A stretch of DNA of 64,000 nucleotides from Octopus vulgaris (taxonomy: Eukaryota), in assembly GCA_951406725.2 (NCBI GenBank), contig OX597818.1, positions 77,810,001 through 77,874,000 of the forward strand. Reading direction: 5' to 3'. Position numbers and translations under genes: made by a program. Positions 42,455 through 55,049 of the stretch are shown piece after piece. Within the stretch, counting starts at the first letter, position 1; every line of letters starts with the position of its first letter. The notes beneath the pieces are model-generated. The model worked only from the letters and a program-made list of their open reading frames with translations, was not told where the DNA came from and searched no databases.

Positions 42455-42837
42455 ATATATATATGTGTGTGTGTGTATATGTATATGTATCTATATATAT
42501 ATATATATACATATAGATACATACACACACACTCACACACATATATATACATACAAACATACACATACATACATATATATACATACATACATACATATAT
42601 ATATATATATACACATACATATATGCATGCATATATATATATATATATATATATATACTGTTGTGTCTGGGGAGAGTCATTCTCTTTTAGTGCCTTATTA
42701 TTTAACACACTCACCGGTAAAATTTCCACTTATTTCTTATGAATGACTCTCCCCAGACATAACAGAATATGCTCAACACACGAACACATATAAAGAATCT
42801 TGCAAACCAAATCCCAAAACGAAACATATATATATAT

Positions 42838-45800
42838 CATCATCATCATCATCATCATCGTTTAACGTCCGTTTTCCATGCTAGCACGGGTTGGATGGTT
42901 CGACCGGGGTCTGGGAAGCCAGGGGCTGCACCAGGCTCCAGTCTGATCTGGCAGTGTTTCTACAGCTGGATGCCCTTCCTAACGCCAACCACCCCGCGAG
43001 TGTAGTGGGTGCTTTTTACGTGCCACCTGCACAGGTGCCAGTGGGGTCTGGCATCGGCCACGATCGGTTGGTGCTTTTAACGTGCCACTGGCATTGAAGC
43101 CAGCCAAGGCGGAGCTGGCATCAGCCATGTTCGGATGGTGCTTTTTATGTGCCACCGGCACAGAAGCCAGTCGAGGCGGAGCTGGCATCGGCCACATTCG
43201 GATGGTGCTTTTTATGTGCCACCGGCACAGAAGCCAGTCGAGGCGGTGCTGGCAACGGCCACGTTTGGATGGTGCTTTTTATGTGCCACCGGCACAGGTA
43301 TCACAACTACTATTTCCATTGATATTTGTTTCGATGTTCATGTACATGCACTTGACTCAACAGGTCTCCTCAAGCACAGCGAGATGTTCTGGGATCCAAG
43401 GTACTTTGAATGGGCAGGAGCTATGCGGAACTGGTGCCGGAAGCATCCTGGGTCTTTGCAGTCACAGCACATCTCCAGAGATTTCGGTCCTTCGCCATTG
43501 CCTCAGTGAGGCCCAACGCTCTGAGGTCATTCTTGACTACCTCATCCCATGTCTTCCTGGGTCTACCTCTCCCCCTGATTCCTTCAACTGTTTGGGAGTG
43601 GCACTTCTTCACACATCTCTCCTCATCCATCCACAGTACATGACCATACCATCGCAAGTGTTGCTCTTGCACACCGCATCTGATGCTTCTTATGTCTAGC
43701 ATTTCTCTCAGGGTGCTTACACTCTGTCGTGCATTCACACTGACATTACACATCCAGCGAATCATGCTAGCTTCATTTCTTTCAAGTCTACGCATGTCCT
43801 CTGCAGTCACGGCTCATGTTTCACTACCATGAAGCATGGCAGTTCGCACACATGCATCATACAATCTACCTTTCACTCTGAGAGACCCTTTGTCGCCAGT
43901 AGGGGTAGGAGCTTTCTAAACTTTGCCCAGGCTATTCGTATTCTAGTGGTGACACTCTCTGAGCATCCACCTCCACTACTAACTTGGTCACCCAGGTAGC
44001 GGAAACTATCAACTACTTCTAGTTTCTCCCCCTGGAGTGTGATGGAATCTGTTTTTTGAATATTTGTGATGTCTATTGTCCCTGTGCATCTGCCGCACAT
44101 GAAAGCTATCTTATCAGTTAATTTCTCTTTGATGTTGCTGCACCTCTTATGCGTCCATAGCTTACACTGGGTGCATCTTATGGAGTTTCTACCTACACCT
44201 TTCCTACAGATCGAGCAGGGCGACCTGCCCGATGGGGTGTGTGCTGAGTTCGCCTTTCTGCTTACTATAGCTTTGGTCTTTGCTACATTTATTCTAAGGC
44301 CCTTTGATTCTAACCCTTGTTTCCACACCCGAAATTTTTTTTCTAGTTCCGGTAGTGATTCTGCTATGAGAGCCAGGTCATCAGCATAGAGGAGCTCCCA
44401 GGGGCAACCTGTTTTGAACTCCTCTGTTATTGCCTGGAGGACTATGATGAATAAAAGGGGACTGAGGGCTGAGCCTTGGTGTACACCTACTTCTACCCGG
44501 AATTCTTCACTATATTCGTTGCCAATCCTAACCTTGCTGACAGCCTCTCTGTATAGGGCCTGTACAGCCCTTATTGGCCATTCGTCAATCTCCAGTTTCT
44601 GCATCGACCACCAGATAAAGGATCGGGGGACCCTGTCAAAGGCTTTCTCCAAGTCCACAAAAGCAATGTAGAGGGGTTTATCTTTAGCTAGGTACTTCTC
44701 CTGCAGTTGTCGGACCAGGAATATAGCATCAGTGGTGCTTCTACCCGGCACAAAACCGAACTGCATCTCATCTAAGCAAATTCTCTCCCTAATGAGATGG
44801 GTTATGACCCTCTCTGTGACCTTCATCACCTGATCCAACAGTTTAATACCCCTGTAGTTATTTCTATCTAGAGCATCACCCTTACCCTTGTAGCAGTTGA
44901 CTATGGTGCTGCTACGCCAGTCATTGGGTATGACTCCATTATGAACTACCTGGTTTACAATACGGGTGACTAGGCCATAGCCCACATAACCAGCTGTTTT
45001 AAGCATCTCAGCAGTGATACCCGATGGGCCGGGGGCTTTACCTGGTTTCATACCCTTAATTGCCTTAACTACAAGGGAGCTGTCTATTTGGATAGCTGGT
45101 CCCTCTACTGGGTCAACATTTGGCAGGCTCTCCTCCTCCCATTCATTCTCCACATTCAGCAGTCTTTCATAATGGCTTCTCCAAGTCTCTTTCTTTTCAC
45201 CAACATTAAAAAGCAAGTGCCCCATCATCCATGCGGACACATTTCTCTCCTGTAACATCACTATTTTCTCTCACACACTGTCTAGCAATCCGAAATACCT
45301 CAGTTCTTTGGTCCTCACGTCGCTGGACATTGGCAAACTTCTTCTTTTCTGCTACATCTTTGGCTATGTATACCTGCCGCCCGGCCTCCTTTTGGCTACT
45401 TGGTATGGTTCCCTGCTACCCCCATCCCTCCAGGCTCTCCAGGCCTGTTTCTTTGCACTAATGGCTTTGTTTACTGCACTATTCCACCACCACATAACTC
45501 TAGGTCTGGAAGGGACTTTGCACCATCCACAGACTTGGTCTGTGGCACTCAGCAAGCTGTCCCGTAGGAATTTCCAGCTACCTTCTATGTCCGACGTCTG
45601 TAGCTCCTCCCTCTCATCAAATTTCTTGATGAGGATGTCCCTAAATCTCTGATCATGTGAAGGGTTCTTTAGCTTCCAAATCCTTCTTTTCTGGATTGGT
45701 CTGTTTCTTGGAGTTCTGGCCTCAAGCCTAAAGTCACTAATGATTAGCCTATGCTGAGGGATACACTCTTCACCCGGGAGGGTCTTTGTATTTAAGAGCG

Positions 45801-45908
45801 ACCCTGCATCCCGCTGTCTGGTGAGGATGAAGTCTATTTGGCTAGCGGAGTCTCCTGACTGATAAGTTATAAGGTGGCAGTCAGGCTTCCTGAAGTTCGT
45901 GTTGCAGA
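42838..45908 (-). mobile_element. RTE-clade LINE, 5'-truncated (APE end, RT, C-terminal domain, repeat-containing 3' UTR, (ATG)n tail)
   Basis: RT motifs KAPGPSGITAEMLK, NYRGIKLL, QFGF.PGRSTTDAIF, FVDLEKAFDRV, GVHQGSALSPLLF and ELLYADD; C-terminal LRWYGHV...RGRGRPRKTW; APE end ITYQSG..QIDFIL. Confidence 0.97.
43421..45908 (-). pseudogene. Disrupted RTE ORF (endonuclease-reverse transcriptase)
   Basis: Longest intact piece is 43873-45261. There is a frameshift near 43875 (ATKGLS/LRVKGRLY), an in-frame TGA near 43815 (ETW to ET*) and further frameshifts near 45200-45390. Confidence 0.9.
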
Positions 45909-45986
45909 TTAAAAGGTTACATGCATTATATATTTACATACATACACATATATGCATATATATATACATACATACATATATATATG

Positions 45987-46024
<38 letters not shown>

Positions 46025-46028
<4 letters not shown>

Positions 46029-46800
46029 TAATCCAAACGGGAAAACAGAAAAAACAACAACACGTGGAACAATTAAAGTATTATTATTAGGCGCTCAGGA
46101 AAGAGGGAAGAAGGAGGGTATGACGTTTCGAGCGGAGCTCTTTGTCAGAAACATAAGAGAAAGAAGAAAGAAAGATCCCGAGGTGGGCGAACGGAGGGGA
46201 AAAAAAACGCGACTGGTTTTTACGAAGTAAACATGCTGAAAGGCCGGAAGTTTTGGATAACGGGGGGGCTAGTTTTTAAAGACAAAAGAGCGGAGAAGGG
46301 AAGGTTGGTAACAACTGGATGAATAGGAAAGATAATGTGTATGTATGTGTGAGTGTGTGCGTGTGTGTATGTGTGTGTGAGGCGAGATAAGAAAAAAATA
46401 TATGTATATGTTAGTGCGTGCGTCTGTATGTAAGTGTGTGTACGTAGGGCGAAAGGTAGTTGACATAGCAGTAGCAAGTGAGTGGTCAGTGGTAAAAGGA
46501 GGAAGGAGGGAATGGGTGGGGGCGTATGTAACGTGCCAGTGTGTGTGTTGAGTGGTAGTGTGTGTGTGTCCAGTGTGTGTAGTTGTATGTATGGCAAGTA
46601 AATTTGAAGTGTGTGTAAGTGTAATGTATATATATATGCAAATGTGTGTGTGGGAGTGGGTGTATGTATGTGTGTGCGTGTGTGTACAAAAGGGGGGGTA
46701 TTAAGGAAACAAACTGCAACTGAGGGAAAGATGGAAAAGTGCTCCCAAGAACACGCCGGCCCCAGATACGAACAGGAGATCCGGTCGGTACCCACGGGCG
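46025..46800 (-). mobile_element. PLE 3' end / pLTR with mutated hammerhead
   Basis: Minus strand at 46118-46152 reads gttt-CTGACAA-a-gagc(tcc)gctc-GAAA-CG-TC (G8 mutated), preceded by a low-complexity CA tract. Confidence 0.6.
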
Positions 46801-46855
46801 TGGTGCATGCGTGTGCGTATGCGTGCGCGAATGCATATATATATATATATACATA

Positions 46856-47200
46856 TCTATTATATAAAATCCGTTCTGTCTGTGTGTGTGCCTTCTAGGA
46901 TCTCGGGCATCCTCCATCTGATTGCGCTCAAATTTGATATGTAGATACCGATGGTATCAGGGTGTGTATAAATTTTGATTCCAGATGAGAATGCGATCGA
47001 TAAAGCCGTGGGAACGTGCATTTGTACATGCAAGTACATCAGCTGTTGCAATCGATAGTACGTGTACGTGAGAAAAATGTACGTGCAGCTTGTGCCAAAA
47101 AAGCTGGGTGGCTTGAAATAATACGGACAAGTTGTTTTGAGAAAATTTGGTTTAAATGTTTGACAACTCAGCACCGTCCATTGGACATGGGGTGGTTTGT
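46856..47200 (+). mobile_element. Non-autonomous Helitron-like element, 5' end
   Basis: A|TCTATTATATAAAA start followed by ctgtctgtgtgtgt and gcgctcaaatttgatatgtag, a typical Helitron/HINE 5' architecture; CpG-rich, so probably young. Confidence 0.5.
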
Positions 47201-48459
47201 TCGTATATATATATATATATACACAGACATATCTATACATACACACACAGATATATGTATAGCTGAAGGATTAAAATTAATCAAAGATTATACTAAGTAT
47301 GTCTAACTGCTGGAAATAACAGTCAAAACTCTTATTTAAATCACCAAGATGCACTGATAATAACTACAGAAATCAACTGTCTGAAGGCAAACAGGCTAAG
47401 GCAATCTCTCAGCATACATTCAAGTATTTGGACTCACATGGACTTGTTTCTGGACTGGCATTGCAGCCTCACCTCCCTCAGCACGTTTTACCATGATGGA
47501 GAGCTCCAACATGTCACATTGAAGTTGGTGAGAACCGACTCACCAATCACTTGGTGAACGGAGGCAACTAGAGATGGCCACCAGCAGATAGCCACTTGAG
47601 ACTAATGGCCAGAGGGAGAAAGAAAACAATTAGCCATTGATACTTACAACTTGCCTCTCCACCCTCTCACTTTCACAGGCTCACTTTGTCTTCTCTGCAA
47701 CATCATCACTCTGCCACTATCTTCCTACTATGAGAACATGTACACAAATATACAAGAAGAAATTAACTCTCTTAACCTTGCATGCTTTTCCACCTCTATG
47801 GTACACATTTTGCCCATCGAGGCATGGCATTATATTAAGTTACGGTGAATAAATAAATTTGGAGTCAACATTAACTTTGATCACTGTTCTTTCATCTTGC
47901 ACACCTGTAACATGAACATCATTGATATAGCAACTCAAAATGAATCCCTGCCTCTACTGTTACAAAGGTAACAACTGACAATAACATTTACCTTTATAGC
48001 AATTAGTAACTGCCGACTCCAACACATATCCTGAAACATATTATTACAAATGGTAATCTCTGACTCTTAGCACATACTGTTACATATATATATATATATA
48101 TGTATGCACACACACACACACATATATTATACTATGGAAGACAGTAGGGATTATGATATTTGTATGACTTAATGGATTGGTCGCTGTTTAGTTACATATT
48201 TAGGAGTTGGTTGGAATTTACTTATTGAATTTATTTACTGATATGGTTGTAAATAGAGTAAATGTGTTTGAAAGTTGTGGTTTCTTTTGTTTGTTTCCCA
48301 AACAACACTTATTTTAGTTGACACCACTGAATTGAATGGTACTGCCCAGGTGTTGAAACCAATAATGATATCTGTGGGGCAGCTGAGGATGAATGTTTGT
48401 AGGATTGTTGGTATGGATGTTTTTGTATATGTGGAATAGTATTATAACACATCCTTTTG

Positions 48460-48504
<45 letters not shown>

Positions 48505-48508
<4 letters not shown>

Positions 48509-48915
48509 ACGGGCTTCTTTCAGTTTCCATTGAACAAATCCTCTCACAAAGCTTTGGTTGGTCCAAGGCTATAGTAGAAGACATTTGCCGAAGGTGCTAT
48601 GCAGTGGGACTGAACCGGGAACTGTGTGGTTGGGAAGCAACCTATTTCTTTACTACCCACAAGGGGCTAAACACAGAGGGGACAAACAAGGACAGACAAA
48701 CGGATTAAGTCGATTACATCGACCCCAGTGCGTAACTGGTACTTAATTTATCAACCCCGAAAGAGTGAAAGGCAAAGTCGACCTCAGTGGAATTTGAACT
48801 CAGAACGTAGCGGCAGACGAAATACCGCAAAGCATTTCACCTGGCGTGCTAATGATTCTGCCAACTCACTACCTTATAAGGTTGGGAAGCAATCTTCTTA
48901 CCACACAGCCATGGT
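48505..48915 (-). mobile_element. SINE family A with a nested SINE family B variant (48641-48879)
   Basis: 13-bp TSD ggttgggaagcaa at 48628-48640 and 48880-48892. Confidence 0.9.
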
Positions 48916-50194
48916 ATACATATACAAGACTTGAAAGTGAAGTAGTTTTTGAATCAGTTTTTTGAGGAATGAAACCCAAGCTGATTGAAGAATAAGCAAT
49001 GTATTCCAAATGCTGATATTATATTTGTATTGTAAAATTGTGAGCAAGCACAATCATTAGCATGCTGGGTAAAATGCTTAGTGGTAAAGCACACCTATCC
49101 TAGTGACACGTAAAAGACACTTAGTACACCCATTGGAGTGGTTGGCATTAAGAAGGGCATCCAGCCATAGAAATCAAGCTAAAACAGACTGGAACTTGGT
49201 GCAGCTCTCCAGCTTACCAGCTCCAGTGAAATGTTAACCCATGCCAGCATTGGAAATGGATGTTAAATGATGATGAGGACGAAGAAGAATTTAATAAAAT
49301 AACTTTGCATTATTAAGCTTATATTTGGAATTGAAATTTACAGGAAATTTTGAGGGAGGGTCTTTAATTTAAATCACTGGAAGTTTGTATGAGAAAAACA
49401 GAGTTAGTTTTAAGTGGGTTAATATCAAATGGCTTACTAAAATATATTTATATATATTTCATCATCATCATCATCAGTATCATTTAACGTCCATTTTCCA
49501 TACAATTTGGACAATTTAACAGGAGCTGGCCAGCTGGGGAGCTGTCCAGACTCCAATTGTCTGTTGTGGCAAGGTTTCTATGGCTGGATGCCCTTCCTGA
49601 TGCCAGCCATTTTATAGTGTGGACTGGGTGCTTCTTATGTACCACCAACATGGGTGCATTTACAGAGTACTGGCACAGGTGCATTTTATTTGGCTTCAGC
49701 ACCTGTAAAGGACAAACCTGTATGTATGGGTGGCAGTGATTTTACTTAGCTTGACACATCTTCTCAAGTACAACAAATCACCACAATTCCTGGTCCCTTG
49801 TCATTTCCTTGAAAGTAAATAACTGATTTGAGATGAAGTATTTTTGGAATTAAGTGAAGAAACCTAAAGTTTGGGTTAGGTAATTTTCTATATTTGTGAG
49901 ATCATCATGAGAAACATAGATTGCAGGGAATTTGATAGAATTTGTTGTTTATCTCCAGGTTGGCTCTGTTCCAGAAGAGTGTTGATTAAATACACCATAA
50001 CCACAACCATCCTGTATCTAGGACCACTTTATCTAATTTGTCCATACAATTTTCAAGATGTAAAGATATTATTTAAGGGTGATTTGGCTGTTGTTTCTAG
50101 CAGGTGAGGGTAGAGAAGGACTTACTGTCCTCAAGCGAATTTATTGAAAGGTGGGTGAAAGTTGCAAAATTGTTAAGAGTTTTTTTTGGTACTC

Positions 50195-50518
50195 TTTGGT
50201 TATCTCACCCCATTAAAAAATTGCCATTAAAAAATTGGGTCATCTCCCCACTAAAATATTGAGTTTATGTGTTGACAAGATTTGATTAAAAGGGTTAGAT
50301 CATTTTGATTCAATACATCACATTGTTGACTTTTGGCTTCCTCAATAAGCATGGTATAATTTGTTATAAAAGTGTTATTAGATTCAATAAGATCTGTAAT
50401 TTTTTTCAGTTTTCATGTTTATCAATTTTTTCATTTTTTTTTGATTTATTGAAAGTTAGACAATTTTTTTAGTTGGGGGAGATAACCCAATTTTTTAATG
50501 GGGATGAGATAACCAAAA
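50195..50518. mobile_element. MITE with TIRs of about 55 bp
   Basis: tttggttatctcaccccattaaaaaattg..ggtcatctccccactaaaa versus ttttagttgggggagataacccaattttttaatggggatgagataaccaaa. Confidence 0.75.
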
Positions 50519-51175
50519 CGTAGTTTTTTTTAATACTGAACTGCATCAGGGCAGACAGAGCCATGGTGGCTAGAAACTGCGATAGAGGGGATGTGTTGAA
50601 GTGACACATGAAGAACTCTCACATCTACCCAGACATCTAGGAGGAGGAGGCACAGCAGTGTGATGAATAGAACCACAATTGCTGAATCTTATAATTCCAG
50701 TTACTGAGGAGAAACAAGAAAGAATACAAAAGAGCCCACGAGAGGCGTCATTTCTCCGTTACATTAACTAATTTCACCTATAGCTGATATTACTGTTGCA
50801 GATCAAGTGCAGGTTTTGTTAGTTATTTAACCAACAAATTGATCGATTGCTTAATCATATTTGAAGAAGACCTAGAGGTGATAGGGCATGTCATTGATGA
50901 GGTTGCGAATACCAATGAGAGGACTTTGACAGATTGATTGATTGCTTAACCGACTGATTAAGCAAGTGATTAGTTGGTTGGTTAAATAACTAAACAATTG
51001 TCTTAATAATCTACTATAATAATACTCTTGTGGGTTTTCTCTGTCACAACATATGAACGAAAAAGGAAGGGGTGATAGATGAATAAGGAAGGAATGGGCG
51101 ATGGCAAAACTGATAGTGGTGGCGTTTCATCTCACTGTGAGTATGTGTGTGTGTATGTAAAAGGGAGGTATGTGA

Positions 51176-51209
<34 letters not shown>

Positions 51210-52213
51210 AATGGAAGTGGGATGGTGAACGTTCAGCGCTGAAAAAAAATCAAACAGCGTTTCAGTTCTGTGTGAATATATGTGTGTATGTGTGTGCGTG
51301 TACAAGGGAAGTATGTGAACCAACGTTCTTTCAGTAACAAACGATGATCGATGACACATCTCAAAAGACAACCAATAGATAACATTGACAAGTGTATTAA
51401 TTTGATCTACCATCCATATTTATATATAGAATACTACGATTAGCCGTCATTCTTGAGCGCGCGTTCATTGGTGAAAAACCTCCCCCAGTATACAGCGAAA
51501 TTCGTTTCGATATACGAGTTTACATAAAAGAAATCTTACAAACCACATACAAAAAGAACAAAAACAGTCAACAAGTCATCTCCCTTAAACAAGTTAATAA
51601 ATACAGGGGAGAAAACTAGTATTATAAGGGACATAACTTATAACCAACTATTATTAATTACAAAGTTTAAGAAGGAGGCGAAGGTGGCGAATGTGGGAGT
51701 GTAAAGTCCCTATTTTCCCTATGATAAATAGTATTAATGTTTTAACATTTGTTGCGAAAAAACACTGAGTAATGAAACAACATCGACGTCAGTGATTTTA
51801 CTTGCACGACATTAGTCACAATTTTCATTATATAACGAACAAGATTTGATGTCGCATAAAGAGCAAATGTACAAGAGTACATTAACAGGTTACACCAACT
51901 AATATTATCGATCGAAGTTCTAGTAACTTCTGAAAACTTAGTGATTTTACTTAAATATGTTGACATTAGTGATATCTAGTCGGGTATCCGCAGAGTGCCT
52001 GACTAAATATCTACGGTATTTAGTTACAGCTTTTACGTTTTGGGTTTAAATGTTACCGGGACCAAATTTGCTTTTACCTCTTTGCGGGGGTTCGACAAAA
52101 CAAAGAAGTAGTAAAGTATTGGGGTTCAACGTAGTATTTCATATAGCATCGTAAATGAGAATGACATTACAATGAAAAACTGTTTTATTTTGGATACAGT
52201 ATACCATTTACAT

Positions 52214-52544
52214 TGAATCCCTTTGATAGCGTAATTAAATTTCATTATCATTTCAGTAAAGATGTTACCCCACCCCATACACACAAAGAGTTGATATTTT
52301 CTGCTTTTGCAATACTTTTTTAGTATCTGCTGTAAGTACGGTTTTCATCTCTACCACTAATTTTATTTGATTCTTGTTCTGTAAAGAGATATTTGATAAA
52401 ATATGTGAAAGAAATTGACAAAATCTGAAAAATTGTCTTCTGTAAATTGTCTTCTGCAGTATAACAATGGGGTAAAACTGCTTTCTGCAGTTAACGGAAT
52501 AAAATTTTGAGTGGCTTTATTCGCTTTCCACGTTGAAAGGGTTA
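52214..52544. mobile_element. piggyBac-like MITE; second copy at about 32150-32441
   Basis: Ends in ccctttga... / ...gaaagggttaa; the interior aligns with 32150-32441. Confidence 0.65.
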
Positions 52545-53423
52545 AATTATATTGCAGTGGTCTTATACATTATACATACTATTTATATAATCTATGAGGA
52601 AATATTACACATTTCTCTATGCAGTATGAGATGCCTTGTGGTATCTATTGTGATGCCAAGCTGTATTGGGCTATATCGGAGGCCTTTCTCTTGGATAAAC
52701 ATCGGAAGTGTGGATAGGGGAGACTTGTGAGCATGGGAACTTCTAGTGGACCTCAAAATGTCTTGCTTAGGCCTGTAGATATACATGTGGATAGATGCAA
52801 TAATACTCAGTCTATATACAGCATGAGAGGAAATTATTAATTATGTTTCACTTCTTCTTGGATTGATGTATTAACGGTTGTGTCTATTGTCTGTAGTAGA
52901 TATTGTAGTGCGTATGATGACTTAGAATAAGGGCTTCCATCTGTCAGTGTTGACCACACATTTGTACATGTACGTGTTGGCCTGGGCAAGATCTTTTGAC
53001 GAAAATTTGCAGTTATCTATTCATACAAGTCTTCATTCTTTACCTCACCGATATTTATCCAAGAGAAAAGTCGCAGGCGTTGCTATCAATTCACAGAGCT
53101 GGAACAAAGACCATATGGTATCTTGTCTGACTCTCGAGCACTGGAGTCAGCAAAGTGGTCAGTACTTACCTTTGCTGTGTATGTGTATGTTTCGAGTGGT
53201 GGTGGAGTGGGGGTAGGTGGTGTGACTATCAAAGCAATCGATAAACACCCGAAACGACTTGAGTACAAAGGGTGCTAAATTATTAGTGAACTGAATCTGG
53301 AAGAGTGTTGTAATTTAAGGCCCAGACTCGCTAATTTCCAGTCAAATATCGATGAATAAACTAATATTTACCAAACACATATTTTACTTTAAATATCCCG
53401 ACTATAACAATGTGATAGAATTG

Positions 53424-53640
53424 AAGGCGGCTAGCTGGCAGAAACGTTAACACGCTGGGCGAAATGATTATCGGTGTTTCAGCTGTCTTTATGTTCTGAG
53501 TTCAAATTCCGCCGAAGTCGACTTTGCCTTTCATCTATTTGGGGTCGATAAATTAAGTACCAGTTGCGTACTGGGGTCGATCTAATCGATTAGTCCCCCT
53601 CCTCCAAAACTTCAGGCCTCGCGTCTAGAGTAGAAAAGAC
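53424..53640 (+). mobile_element. tRNA-derived SINE, family B
   Basis: Matches 17752-17962 with CpGs retained. Confidence 0.85.
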
Positions 53641-54576
53641 TATGATGGGATTGAATTTTTATTGCTCTTTATCAAGTTCATTAAGTAATACGGTAATGAC
53701 ACACAAGAACAGAGGAACAATTATTTTCAAATCAAGAAAGTTTTCATCAATCTAGTCTTTAATCTTATTTTAGAAATTTACGTAATCATATTCAGTAAGT
53801 TATCGTCGATTCCAAGAGTCAACGATATAAGAAATTTGATGATTCATGCTTTGACAGTTCCATCTATACGAGTTGGTATTTTTTTTATTGAAAAGATAAA
53901 AGGTAATGTCGACTTCAGCTGGATTTGAACACAGAGCGCAGGGAATCAGAACAAATACCACAAGACACTGAATTCCACATTTTAACGACTCTCTTAATTC
54001 ACCGCTCTAGGATTAAACGACATTTGCAGTAACATTTTAAAGCATTCTTTATATAAAGGCTGGGTTTGGAGGATTGCGGGTAGAGGTGGCGGTGAGATGT
54101 TTCGTTAATATCAAACATGTAATATTTGGTGAGGAATTCAACACAGATAATGACATAGATCTTACAATTTGTCAATGTGTTGCTGAGAAACGACAACAGC
54201 AATAACACCAGACCGCCACCTCTATAGTATAAAGAAGCTAGTTCTGAATTGTGTCAACAAAACCCATACGATATTTAAATAATAGATAGGTGAATTACAA
54301 GGTTTCGGACAGGACCTCTCAATGCACAGCAAATGTTTGCTTGGTTGTATATCAAAGAAAAGTATGGGAAAGTACAAGGTTAATGTGACCCAGGTAACTT
54401 TGTTATTCGCAACTGTGCAGCTTTCGTGTTGGTACAGAAAGCATATATTATTTTGTCATTTAAATTTTATTATTTTTAGATACGCTATATTTATTTAGAC
54501 TAATTGTTTCTTCACACTATCGTTTTAGTCGTATATAATAATGATATAGTGTCTTTCAGATAATATATGTATATGT

Positions 54577-54636
<60 letters not shown>

Positions 54637-55049
54637 ATAGGCTTCACACTGCGTTTTACATTAATCCCTCTAACGAGCACCGTTTTAGGGTCTTCCCTAA
54701 CACGTGTGCCAAACCGCATTGTAAAAATCAGTTGATTTGTAATACTGCATTGTATACATACATACATACATACATACATACATACATACATACATGCATG
54801 CATACATACATACATACATACATACATACATACATACATACATGCACACACACACACACACACGCGTCTGTCTATCTATCTATCTCTCTATCTATCTACA
54901 TACACACACACACATATATATATTTAAAAGAAGAAGAAAATGGAGATTGGGAAGTTAATAATTGTTTATTATTATCAATAAATTGGTCATCTTCACTTAC
55001 AGCCGTTTCTATTAACACTCAATAATCATTAAATTTACATTTATGCAAC

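Noticed and set aside
43082-43699. 205-aa + strand ORF and other + ORFs at 43-45.6 kb
   Set aside because: They are antisense to the RTE and run through its tandem-repeat 3' UTR.
43873-45261. Active or domesticated reverse transcriptase gene
   Set aside because: The element is 5'-truncated within the endonuclease, with frameshifts on both sides of the ORF and a premature stop downstream.
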